This document shows, one piece after another, positions 36,801 through 45,846 of a stretch of DNA of 64,000 bases. Every line of letters begins with the position of its first letter. Positions within the stretch are counted from its first letter, which is position 1. Below the pieces are notes generated by a model. It saw only the letters and a program-made list of their open reading frames with translations. It was not told where the DNA came from and searched no databases. The translations under genes and the position numbers were made by a program. This DNA is from Parapedobacter sp. 2B3 (lineage in GTDB: Bacteria; Bacteroidota; Bacteroidia; Sphingobacteriales; Sphingobacteriaceae), in contig NZ_JBHEUZ010000014.1 in assembly GCF_041925275.1 (NCBI RefSeq), positions 1 through 64,000 of the forward strand, written 5' to 3'.

Positions 36801-37978
36801 CCGCCCTGGCTGGTGAATAAATACGCCCCGCTTGCCCTCGTGCCGACCCAAAGTCCTTCCTCGTTCATGAATATGGATTGTACGTAGGTATCTATGGTGG
36901 AGAAATCGGTGTGGAACGCAAATTCGATATTATTGAACCGCTTTCTGCCGGGATCAATTTTATAAATGCCACCGCCATCTGTGCCGATCCAAAGAATGCC
37001 AGACCTGTCCTGCATAATGGATAATACGATGCAACGCTGGGATGCCCCATCATCCTCGGAATCGAGACGATAGCGTTGCAGGGTTTGCCCTTCGATGTTG
37101 AGGCGGTGGAGTCCGCCACCCCAGGTTCCGATCCAAACGTTGCGTGCCGCATCGATGAACACCCGGTAGGCGTTATTATTGCTTAATGAATATTCATTTC
37201 CGGGTTCATGCCGGTATTGCCTTACAATGCGGCCCGTTGCTGGGTCGAGCACCAGTACACCCATTTTCCATGTCCCTAAATAAAGTAACCCCGACACCGG
37301 ATCCCGCGCGATGGAGGTGACCTGTGCGGAGCTTCCTAAATCCCAGACAACTTGTTTGAATTTCCCATTGGAGAACTCGTAGGAAAAAAGCCCCAGGTCT
37401 GTACCCACCCAAAGGCCATCACCATACGACAACAAAGACAATACGTTGCGTTTTCTTGTTACCGGGCTATAGGTATCTGTGGCGGGTTCATAACGGAATA
37501 ACCCGCTGGATGCGCCGATATAGAGATAGCCATCGGTTTCATGCAGGGCCTGTATATTTTGGATGTTGATCTGCAGGCTATCCGGCGGTATTTGGTGGTA
37601 TATGGTATTGTGTGATAAGTCGTAGCGGTTTAACCCCGTCGTTTTGGTGCCGACCCAAAGATTGCCGTTTTCGCCCTCATGGATTACCTCAACGTATTGG
37701 CTGGTAAAATTGTTGCCCGATTTGGGATGATTCCGGATGAGTTTGAACGCATAACCATCGTACCGGTTGAGCCCGCCGCGCGTGCCCAGCCATAAAAAAC
37801 CATATCGGTCTTGGCACAGTGAGGTAACTTCATTATTCACCAACCCTTGCTCGATAGCGAGCGATGAAACCAGTTCGCTTTGGGCATAAACAAACCCCCA
37901 TATGCCCATCGAAGCCAGCAACAGCTTGACAATACGAGCAATCGATAGGGCGATGGTATACCACGATCTAAGATTCAT
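33875..37978 (-). CDS. Hybrid two-component system regulator (HTCS): periplasmic beta-propeller/Y_Y_Y sensor, TM, HisKA, HATPase, REC, AraC-type HTH
   Basis: 1367 aa; many 'WIGT..GL' propeller repeats; 'FTNVSHEFRTPLTL' H-box; 'DSGSGI...GTGIGLAFVREL'; 'LVLIVEDNSEIR' REC; C-terminal AraC helix-turn-helix. Confidence 0.9.
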   Translation of the reverse strand: MNLRSWYTIALSIARIVKLLLASMGIWGFVYAQSELVSSLAIEQGLVNNEVTSLCQDRYGFLWLGTRGGLNRYDGYAFKLIRNHPKSGNNFTSQYVEVIHEGENGNLWVGTKTTGLNRYDLSHNTIYHQIPPDSLQINIQNIQALHETDGYLYIGASSGLFRYEPATDTYSPVTRKRNVLSLLSYGDGLWVGTDLGLFSYEFSNGKFKQVVWDLGSSAQVTSIARDPVSGLLYLGTWKMGVLVLDPATGRIVRQYRHEPGNEYSLSNNNAYRVFIDAARNVWIGTWGGGLHRLNIEGQTLQRYRLDSEDDGASQRCIVLSIMQDRSGILWIGTDGGGIYKIDPGRKRFNNIEFAFHTDFSTIDTYVQSIFMNEEGLWVGTRASGAYLFTSQGGLRKIPTPAGVNSVRGFFEYGGDLWMYTNRGIVIIKGKRYGGNQRTVTSDRGDPESLSGPKINSITRDRRGTVWVGTQESGLNKVIGFTDSGRPRFRRYSAQPGKDGALQNERISCMLSDSKGRLWMGTYNGLHLYDHDRDRFIVYRQQNNLPACLTNNTVLCITEDQSGGIWIGTQHGFNKLIEDESGKYTFENHFAQNGFPNDYVHAIRPDRHGNIWMSTNNGIVKYDTKKGEFQHFDTRDGLISNVFSENSSFISSRGELYFGSIKGITSFFPDSITMNKRVPQVYITGLAVNNEDVTVGDTIAGRVVLSNAPFATRTITLSYKQNIVALMFAALDYHAPDKNQYAYKLSGFDQDWVYAGDQRQVTYTNLPPGNYRFTVMASNSDKVWNEEGTSIAIRILPPPWKTWWAYSIYVALLIAFLWLSRHIGISRIKLRNKLEIANLNYQREHEVAQVRSKLFTNVSHEFRTPLTLMMGPLSELSAASQLDGGTRGTLSRVLNHTRRLLHLVNQLLAFQKAEASSLALHVNTHDLTSIAKYVADSFADEAERRNIRFSVDCPTQLYFSFDKEKIEIVLYNLLSNAFKFTPDGGRITLSASLANATTDDASCEIGVADSGSGIREEDHQRIFERFYQAEKGHPNKTAGTGIGLAFVRELVGMHGGRITVDSLPGAGSTFNISLPAAGADILFSADNPVDATAASNTNSKKNGRKADTLTKDLPLVLIVEDNSEIRDYMASIIGAFYNVIQATDGQHGLEMAFSTIPDLVISDIMMPSRDGFSLCQQLRDDQRTSHIPIILLTARPDDEAYVEGISKGADVYLTKPFNPQVLKSYVKNLIALRQQLRDQFARHINLDQDQTDLGTFESDFIKRIVSYTEEHLATPDFNTDVLAEIANMSRSTFYRKLKTITGLSGSEFIKLIRLKRSAVLLKSGKFNITQAAYETGFNDLKHFRRSFQQQFGLTPSAYLKQHKTTVDL

Positions 37979-38292
37979 AATTTGGTCGTTTTGATGGGCT
38001 AATTTATCATATATAAATCAGAAAGATGAATAATCCTACGATGATTGCGTAAATAACCCATTCTGTAATCGTTATCCGTTTCATGCCCAAAGGTAAGTCG
38101 TCTTCAACGAACCCTTGGGGGTCTGGCGCTCACAAATGGGGAGGCTCGTTTCAGTTTTTGCCCTTAACCGCCGTTGTAGGATGACCAAACGATTGACCTA
38201 TTCCACCCGCATTTTGAAAGAATCTGCCCTATGCTCGTTGTCTGGGTGCCGTAATTTTGATCCGTACCAATTTGTAAACTAAATTCAATAAA

Positions 38293-40326
38293 ATGAAACA
38301 ATACAGGCTACATGGAAGGACTGGCAGGACAATCTGTCTGTTTCTTTGCTTGTTCGGTGCTGGCAGTTCATGCCAACGGTATCCGATGCAGCATGCGGAC
38401 ATGCAATCCACCGAAACCCTTCCTTTAACGGTTTTTCAGTACAACGATTATACAGGTGACGAAGCCGGAATTCCGTCACGTACAGTTTTTCGCGGAGACA
38501 CGATTCCGGACGGAATGAACGACAATTTTTCCTCTTTCCATCTCCTGCAGGGATTCATGGCTACATTTGCAGAGCACGAAGATGGTACCGGATTCGGTTT
38601 TTCGTATGTCGCACGAAGCAGTGATGTAACGGTAAACCTTCCGGCCCAATTGGCCAACAAGGTTTCATTCATCCGGGTGCTGCCTGTGCAAAATGTGCTG
38701 AAAAAAGGAGTGGGTAACACAAACAATACGCTGATAGATAGCCTGAATGTCTCCTGGTTTTACGATTGGGGGCCGTTAGATCATTCCACACCTACGCGGG
38801 AATATGTACCCATGGCTTGGGGCAGGGGTGCTGCCAACAATCCGAGTAGGGTAGATGCTTATATTGAAAAAGATACCGTAACCCACCTGCTCTCGTTCAA
38901 CGAACCTGATAATGCCAGTCAATCCAATATCCCCTATACAGAGGCCGTGTCGCTGCATAAATTGCTTTTACGTACCGGATATCGGATGGGATCGCCGGCT
39001 CCCGAGGAAGGGAATGCAGACAAATGGCTGCTTAATTTCATGAACAAAGCCGATCAGGATACCGTGAGGGTGGATTTTATGGCCCTGCATTGGTACGATT
39101 GGGGGAATTGGAGTAGTACTCATAATGCATCGCCCAATCCGGCGAATGTGTTCAATCGGTTTAAAAATTACCTCACACGGATCTACAATCTCTATAAAAA
39201 GCCAATATGGATTACAGAGTTTAATGCAAATCGGAATACGACCCCGGAGACGCATGCACGCTTCATGGAATTGGCACTGCCCTGGCTGGACGCGCAGCCT
39301 TTTATCGAGCGTTATGCGTATTTCTTTCCGCCCACCGTGCCTGCAATGGAAAACGACACACTCACGGAAGTCGGTAGGATTTACCGCGATCACGTTTCCA
39401 CCCCTTCCATTACCGGTAATATCATTTACGGTGACGGGTCCGGAGGCGAGGAAATTCCCGAGAACATGAGCATTATCCCGTTGACCAATGAACTGATATT
39501 GCCGCAATACGCTTACGCCGGCCAACAAACAACTGCAAGGCTCCATTATGTGTGTAGGTTACGACTGACCGGGCTGGCTCCGAATGCGACCTATAGGTAT
39601 TTCACAGGCCTTTCGGATCAGGCATACCGAACGACACAGACGCCGGGATGGTTGTTGGCTATCCAAAATAGCACTTCCCCGGCCGGTTATATTGTTGGCA
39701 TGTCGTCTTCCAATAAATCCGTTGGAGGCTCCCGTCTGGACAACAATGAAAATTATACCGGTACCGGCTCTAAATTTTCGACCTTCACCACCAATGCGTC
39801 CGGGAACTATACAGGGTGGTTTGCTGTAGTGCCGACCAATCAGGAACAGCATCAAGCAGGGAAGAATGTTTACTTTTTTGTGCAGGTAAACAATGGATCA
39901 GGGGGCACCAGCCTCAACCACACCTTCAGGACCCAATCAACGATATCCATGTTGGATTACAGCACCATTACCGAGGATATTGGTGGTGCCTCTGCGGTGA
40001 AAGGTATTTCTGCGGTGGGTGATGAGAAAATCGTTGTACTCTATTCAGATACTGCGATGAACGATAGGCCCTTGTATGCCTCGTTTACGGAAGATGACGG
40101 CATACCACAGCCGTATACCAACTGGTATGGCACCGTAAATGCAAGCGAGGGCCAGTGGGGAGCTATTATTCCGAATTACCTGACATCCGGCATACGCGCT
40201 ATCCGATATGTATCCATCAACGGCAGTCAACTGGCCCTCTTTACAAGTAGCAACGGAGAATGGGGGACAACCGAAACGGTGCACCCCGATAATGGATCGA
40301 CACCGATAACGATAGAAACTCCTTAA
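38293..40326 (+). CDS. Lipoprotein glycoside hydrolase with Glyco_hydro_cc / GH128-like catalytic core plus about 300-aa C-terminal domain of unknown function
   Basis: 'LFLCLFGAGSSC' lipobox; 'WFYDWGP', 'MAWGRG', 'LLSFNEPD', 'IWITEFNA' blocks typical of the Glyco_hydro_cc (GH128) fold. Confidence 0.55.
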   Translation: MKQYRLHGRTGRTICLFLCLFGAGSSCQRYPMQHADMQSTETLPLTVFQYNDYTGDEAGIPSRTVFRGDTIPDGMNDNFSSFHLLQGFMATFAEHEDGTGFGFSYVARSSDVTVNLPAQLANKVSFIRVLPVQNVLKKGVGNTNNTLIDSLNVSWFYDWGPLDHSTPTREYVPMAWGRGAANNPSRVDAYIEKDTVTHLLSFNEPDNASQSNIPYTEAVSLHKLLLRTGYRMGSPAPEEGNADKWLLNFMNKADQDTVRVDFMALHWYDWGNWSSTHNASPNPANVFNRFKNYLTRIYNLYKKPIWITEFNANRNTTPETHARFMELALPWLDAQPFIERYAYFFPPTVPAMENDTLTEVGRIYRDHVSTPSITGNIIYGDGSGGEEIPENMSIIPLTNELILPQYAYAGQQTTARLHYVCRLRLTGLAPNATYRYFTGLSDQAYRTTQTPGWLLAIQNSTSPAGYIVGMSSSNKSVGGSRLDNNENYTGTGSKFSTFTTNASGNYTGWFAVVPTNQEQHQAGKNVYFFVQVNNGSGGTSLNHTFRTQSTISMLDYSTITEDIGGASAVKGISAVGDEKIVVLYSDTAMNDRPLYASFTEDDGIPQPYTNWYGTVNASEGQWGAIIPNYLTSGIRAIRYVSINGSQLALFTSSNGEWGTTETVHPDNGSTPITIETP

Positions 40327-40352
40327 AACCATCGCTATCCTAATTCTTTATC

Positions 40353-43274
40353 ATGAAATTTAAAATCGTTAAGCTACTCCTTCTGGTATTCATTTTAATC
40401 CCCCTGTGTGATTACGCGCAAGATAAACGGCCCCGGCAACCGAATATCCTGTTTATTTTAGCCGATGACCTGGGATACCATGACCTCAGCTGTACGGGCA
40501 GTAGTTATTATGAAACGCCAAACATCGACCGTATTGCGCGGGAAGGGGCTGTTTTTACCGAGGGTTATTCCGCGTGTCAGGTCTGCAGTCCTTCAAGGGC
40601 GAGTATTATGACGGGGAAATTCCCCGCCCGACACGGTATCACAGACTATATCGGTGCGCCATACGGGACGGATTGGCGTAAACAGGGGCGGCACAACCAG
40701 TTGCTTCCAGCCGCCTATGATACGGCACTCCGCCATGCATACACTACGCTGCCGGAAGCCATGAAAGCCGCGGGTTACAAGACATTCTTTGCCGGGAAAT
40801 GGCACCTGGGCGGCCGGGGATCGTGGCCGGAGGACCACGGCTTTGATATCAACCGGGGTGGCTGGGAAAAGGGTGGTCCCAGCGGGGGCTATTTCTCGCC
40901 CTGGGAAAACCCCAACCTGGAAAATACAGTGCCCGGCGAAAACCTATCCATGCGGCTGGCCGCAGAGACTGTCAAGTTCCTGAAAGAAAATAACCCGCAG
41001 GAAACCGGGCAACCGGTGTTTGCGTTCCTGTCATTCTATGCCGTGCATGGCCCGATACAGACCACCCGGAAAAAATGGGAAAAGTACCGGGACAAAGCTG
41101 ATCGGAGTGGTATTGCAGAACAGGGCTTCAAAATGGAGCATTTTCTTCCCATGCGGCAGGTTCAGGATAACCCGATATATGCAGGCTTGGTGGAAACAAT
41201 GGATGATGCCGTCGGTGTGGTACTGCGTGCGCTCGATGAACAGGGATTGGCGGAGAATACCATTGTGGTCTTTACTTCGGACAATGGCGGTGTCTCGGCA
41301 GGTGATGCCTATTCAACCTCCAACCTACCCCTGCGCGGCGGTAAAGGATATCAGTTTGAGGGAGGAGTCCGGGTACCCTACTTCATGAAGGTTCCCGGCC
41401 TGACGAAGGGCGGCGAAGTCTATCATACACCGGTTATCGGTACGGATTTTTATCCAACACTGCTGGATTTGGCCGGTGCCGGGTTGAAGCCACAGGAACA
41501 CGAGGACGGGGTGAGTCTATTGCCGTTGCTTGAAGGCAATACGCTTTCCGGGCGACCCCTGATCTGGCATTACCCACATTATGGGAACCAAGGGGGAGAA
41601 CCCTCTTCCATCATCCGCCAGGGGCCCTGGAAACTTATCCACTACTATGAGGATGGACGGGATGAATTGTATAAGCTGGATGCCGATCCGCGTGAGCTAA
41701 CGGATGTGGCGAAGCATCATCGGCGGAAAGTAATGGAACTGTGCGCCACATTGGATGGATACCTGAAGCAGACCGGCGCCCGTTACCCGCAGCCCGATCC
41801 CGAGTACGACGCGGATAAGGAACGGCAATATTTGCAGCGGGTAATCACGGAAAAACTTCCCCAACTGGAAAGACAGCGTATGGAGTTCCTGTCACCTGAA
41901 TTTGATCCCGGAAACAACTGGTGGGGCAGCGAGGTCACGGCAATGAATCCGAATGTCGTGATTATCCTGGCAGACGACCTCGGATACGGAGATGTGGGCT
42001 TCAATGGCTGTGAGGACATTCCCACGCCCAACATCGATCGCATTGCGCGGAATGGCGTGAAATTTACCGATGCATATGTCACCTATGCCGTATGCGGCCC
42101 GAGCCGCGCCGGATTGATTACCGGTAGGTATCAGGACCGCTTTGGTTTTGGAAGGAATCCGCTTTTGGCTCCCAACGATCCCGATATGGGACTCCCGCTG
42201 TCTGAACAGACACTGGCAGACCTGTTAAAACCCGCCGGCTATCGTACGATGGCGATTGGAAAATGGCATTTGGGGTCGCATGCTTCTTTACATCCCAATA
42301 ATCGGGGGTTTGATGATTTTTTTGGCTTCCTCAGCGGTGGGCATCATTATTTCCCCGAACAATGGACATTGAACAGTGAGTTTGATGCCCGGTCCCAATA
42401 CGATGGGTATCGGACGAAACTTTTACGGAATTCAGATGCCGTGGATGAATCCGAATACCTGACGGATGCATTGTCGAGAGAAGCTGTGCGCTTTGTCAAA
42501 GACAACGCCAGTGCGCCCTTTTTCCTGTACCTGGCCTACAATGCGCCGCACACACCGCTTCAGGCCACGTCCAAATACCTCGATAGGTTTACACACATTG
42601 CGGATGAAAAGCGGCGGACTTATGCAGCGATGGTAAGCGCGATGGACGACGGGATCGGGCAGGTACTCGATGAGCTGGACGCGTTGGGCATAACTGACCA
42701 TACCATGGTTGTCTTTCTGTCGGACAACGGCGGTCCGGAAGCCGCGAATGCTTCGGACAACGGGCCACTGCGGGGAGGGAAAGGCAGCTTTTTTGACGGG
42801 GGATTGCGGGTGCCTTTTGCCATACAATGGCCGGATCACATCAGGCGTGGAACGGTTTGTCATTCTCCAGTCATCTCGCTGGATATCGCGGCGACGGTCG
42901 TTGCAACGATCGATCAGACGCATCCGCCGAAAAACGAATTGGATGGTATCAATTTATTGCCCGTACTGAACAATGCGGATACCGCTTCACGAAGCCGTCT
43001 GTTTTTCTGGCGCAATTTCGATAAAAAAATGCTTGCATTGAGAAGTACAGATTTCAAGTTGGTCATGCAGGATGGCCACACCCCGTCGCTGTTCCGGATC
43101 GGGGATGATGTGGCTGAAAAAAATAACCTATTCACCGGCCACGCGTCCACGGTCGACGGTTTGCATAAGCAATGGCAAAAATGGGCGTCGGAGCTGAAGG
43201 ACCCTGCTTTTTTGGGGCTGCTGCAGGATAAAGAATACAGTGAACAGCGAAAAGACCGGTTTGGCCAACCATGA
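40353..43274 (+). CDS. Tandem double sulfatase: two complete Cys-type sulfatase domains fused in one 973-aa polypeptide
   Basis: Domain 1 'NILFILADDLGYHD...CSPSRASIMTG'; about 50-aa linker; domain 2 'NVVIILADDLGYGD...CGPSRAGLITG'; continuous reading frame. Confidence 0.8.
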   Translation: MKFKIVKLLLLVFILIPLCDYAQDKRPRQPNILFILADDLGYHDLSCTGSSYYETPNIDRIAREGAVFTEGYSACQVCSPSRASIMTGKFPARHGITDYIGAPYGTDWRKQGRHNQLLPAAYDTALRHAYTTLPEAMKAAGYKTFFAGKWHLGGRGSWPEDHGFDINRGGWEKGGPSGGYFSPWENPNLENTVPGENLSMRLAAETVKFLKENNPQETGQPVFAFLSFYAVHGPIQTTRKKWEKYRDKADRSGIAEQGFKMEHFLPMRQVQDNPIYAGLVETMDDAVGVVLRALDEQGLAENTIVVFTSDNGGVSAGDAYSTSNLPLRGGKGYQFEGGVRVPYFMKVPGLTKGGEVYHTPVIGTDFYPTLLDLAGAGLKPQEHEDGVSLLPLLEGNTLSGRPLIWHYPHYGNQGGEPSSIIRQGPWKLIHYYEDGRDELYKLDADPRELTDVAKHHRRKVMELCATLDGYLKQTGARYPQPDPEYDADKERQYLQRVITEKLPQLERQRMEFLSPEFDPGNNWWGSEVTAMNPNVVIILADDLGYGDVGFNGCEDIPTPNIDRIARNGVKFTDAYVTYAVCGPSRAGLITGRYQDRFGFGRNPLLAPNDPDMGLPLSEQTLADLLKPAGYRTMAIGKWHLGSHASLHPNNRGFDDFFGFLSGGHHYFPEQWTLNSEFDARSQYDGYRTKLLRNSDAVDESEYLTDALSREAVRFVKDNASAPFFLYLAYNAPHTPLQATSKYLDRFTHIADEKRRTYAAMVSAMDDGIGQVLDELDALGITDHTMVVFLSDNGGPEAANASDNGPLRGGKGSFFDGGLRVPFAIQWPDHIRRGTVCHSPVISLDIAATVVATIDQTHPPKNELDGINLLPVLNNADTASRSRLFFWRNFDKKMLALRSTDFKLVMQDGHTPSLFRIGDDVAEKNNLFTGHASTVDGLHKQWQKWASELKDPAFLGLLQDKEYSEQRKDRFGQP

Positions 43275-45754
43275 ATAGGGCGAAGATGGGGAGCAAACGG
43301 ATGCTATTGCTCGGTTTGGTGATGTTGTTGACGGGTCCGGCCCCGTTGTCTGCGCAGGATACCACGGCGAGGGTTGTGAAGACATTACGTACGGACTGGC
43401 TTTTTATGAAAGGGGAGGTGCCCGATGGTGCGCGCCTGGATTATGACGATAGTCACTGGGACCGGGTCGATGTACCCCATGATTGGGCGATTGCCGGGCC
43501 GTTTGATGAAGATCATGATAAACAGGAAGTCACGGTTATTGAAGACGGCGAACGGGTGCCCAGCATACGGACCGGCCGTACAGGAGGGCTTCCCTATATG
43601 GGAGTAGGCTGGTACCGCAAGCAGTTGTCTTTTTCCGGGACGGCGAGCGATAAACGGGTGTTCATTGAATTTGATGGAGCGATGAGCAACGCCAAGGTCT
43701 ACCTGAATGGACAATGGGTCGGCGGGCGTCCTTACGGTTACTCATCTTTTGGGTTTGAGCTGACACCTTACATAAGGTGGGGCAGTACCAACGTGCTGGC
43801 GGTGAGGCTTGAGAACGAGCCGGAATCAGCCCGGTGGTACCCGGGCGCCGGACTGTACCGGGCCGTCAGGCTACTCGTGCTCAACCGCACCCATATCCCG
43901 CAATGGGGGGTGTGGGTGACCACACCGGAAATAACTCATCAGGAAGCGTTGGTTAATATCCGGACGGAAATCGCCACTAAGCCGCCCGTTCCCTCTGATA
44001 TCCGGTTGGAAACCGATATCATCGACCCCTCGGGAAAGGTCGTCGCTTCGTTGAAAAAGGATCTTTCGCCCGTTACCGGTAATACCGTGTCACAGCAACT
44101 GCGGCTAAAAGATCCCCGGTTCTGGTCTGCGGATAGCCCAAGGCTATATAAAGCGGTTTCCCGTATCAAGGCGGGAGGAAGGACCCTCGATGTGATGGAA
44201 ACCGTATTTGGTATCCGGACCATCCGGTTTACGGCAGACAGCGGGATGCTGGTCAATGGCCGTTGGGAAAAACTGAAGGGTGTCTGTCTGCACCATGATC
44301 TCGGAGCGCTGGGGGCCGCCTTCAATAAGTCGGCACTGAGACACCGCCTCACGTTGCTCAAGCAAATGGGATGCAACGCCATCCGGGGGGCGCATAATCC
44401 CCATGATCCCGCGATGCTTGAATTGTGCGATGAAATGGGTTTTTATTTCATTGATGAAGCATTTGATGAATGGAAGCTTCCGAAGACAGCAAACGGATAC
44501 AGTAAGTGGTTTGACGAATGGGCCGAACGTGACTTAACGGATATGATCCGGCGCGACCGTAATCATCCCGCTTTAATTATGTATAGTATCGGCAATGAGG
44601 TGCGCGAGCAGCAACAGCCCGAAGGCTATCGTGTCGCCCGCTTTCTCACCGCGATCTGTCATCGCGAAGATCCGTATCGGCCGGTCACCGCAGGCTTCAA
44701 CCAGTGGAAGCCCGCCATCGACAACGGGTTGGCCGGTGAAGTGGACATACCCGGATTCAACTATAAGCCTGCTTTCTACGGTCGTATCCGGCAGCTCCAG
44801 CCCACCTGGCCCATCTATGGCAGCGAGACGGCTTCCACCGTCAGTTCCCGGGGAAGCTATCATTTCCCCGCTCAGCGTTTATCAATGAAAGCCTGGGAAG
44901 ATAACCAGTCTTCCGCTTATGATTTGGAACATTGCAATTGGTCGCAATTGCCGGATGAGGAATGGAAGGCCTTGGAAGACCATCCCTTTGTGGCGGGAGA
45001 GTTTGTATGGACCGGCGTGGATTACCTCGGCGAACCTACCCCCTATAACAGCCGTTGGCCAAGCAGGAGCTCCTATTTCGGCATCCTGGATTTGGCGGGC
45101 ATCCCGAAAGATCGCTATTTTCTCTACAAAAGCCGATGGAGCGATCGTCCCACCCTACACGTGCTCCCACACTGGACATGGCCTGAAAAGGAGGGCGAGC
45201 ACGTCCCGGTTTATGTCTACACCAACTATCCCGAAGCCGAATTGTTTATTAATGGCAAAAGCCAGGGGAGGCAACGGTTCAATCCCCAAGAAATGCTCGA
45301 TCGCTACCGCTTGCGGTGGGAAGATGTGGTCTACCAACCCGGTGAACTGAAAGTAATTGCCTATGATGTGCAGGGAGAAATCGCGGATTCGGTCGTGACG
45401 GAAACGGCGGGGGCACCCTTCCGTTTGGTGCTCACAGCTGATAGGGACACCCTGACTGCGGATGGCGAAGACTTGATCTATGTCACCGTTGAAGTGCAGG
45501 ACCGGCAGGGAAACCTGTGTCCCCATGCGGATCATCCCGTTAATTTTTTCGTTGAGGGAAGTGGTTTTCTCCGGGCGGTGGATAATGGGAACCCCGCCAG
45601 CACCGAGCCCTTCCAGGCGCAATACCGCAACGCATTCAACGGGAAATGCGTAGCCATCGTTCAAAGCAACGGAAAAACGGGTGAAGTTTTTATCCGTGCA
45701 GCAAGCCAGGGACTTGTATCTGGAGAACTTAGGGCGGACTGCACGGCTAACTGA
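43271..45754 (+). CDS. Glycoside hydrolase family 2 (beta-galactosidase/beta-glucuronidase-like)
   Basis: 827 aa; signal peptide; sugar-binding jelly roll, Ig-like and TIM-barrel blocks ('NAIRGAHNPHDP', 'MYSIGNEV') characteristic of GH2; ATGA overlap with upstream sulfatase. Confidence 0.8.
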   Translation: MNRAKMGSKRMLLLGLVMLLTGPAPLSAQDTTARVVKTLRTDWLFMKGEVPDGARLDYDDSHWDRVDVPHDWAIAGPFDEDHDKQEVTVIEDGERVPSIRTGRTGGLPYMGVGWYRKQLSFSGTASDKRVFIEFDGAMSNAKVYLNGQWVGGRPYGYSSFGFELTPYIRWGSTNVLAVRLENEPESARWYPGAGLYRAVRLLVLNRTHIPQWGVWVTTPEITHQEALVNIRTEIATKPPVPSDIRLETDIIDPSGKVVASLKKDLSPVTGNTVSQQLRLKDPRFWSADSPRLYKAVSRIKAGGRTLDVMETVFGIRTIRFTADSGMLVNGRWEKLKGVCLHHDLGALGAAFNKSALRHRLTLLKQMGCNAIRGAHNPHDPAMLELCDEMGFYFIDEAFDEWKLPKTANGYSKWFDEWAERDLTDMIRRDRNHPALIMYSIGNEVREQQQPEGYRVARFLTAICHREDPYRPVTAGFNQWKPAIDNGLAGEVDIPGFNYKPAFYGRIRQLQPTWPIYGSETASTVSSRGSYHFPAQRLSMKAWEDNQSSAYDLEHCNWSQLPDEEWKALEDHPFVAGEFVWTGVDYLGEPTPYNSRWPSRSSYFGILDLAGIPKDRYFLYKSRWSDRPTLHVLPHWTWPEKEGEHVPVYVYTNYPEAELFINGKSQGRQRFNPQEMLDRYRLRWEDVVYQPGELKVIAYDVQGEIADSVVTETAGAPFRLVLTADRDTLTADGEDLIYVTVEVQDRQGNLCPHADHPVNFFVEGSGFLRAVDNGNPASTEPFQAQYRNAFNGKCVAIVQSNGKTGEVFIRAASQGLVSGELRADCTAN

Positions 45755-45846
45755 TTATAGTGACATGCTAAATAGACTACTTCTTTTCTTTTGTTTGATA
45801 ACGTTCGCATTTTCTTACACGAAACAGAACGTAAAATCCCCCTATT

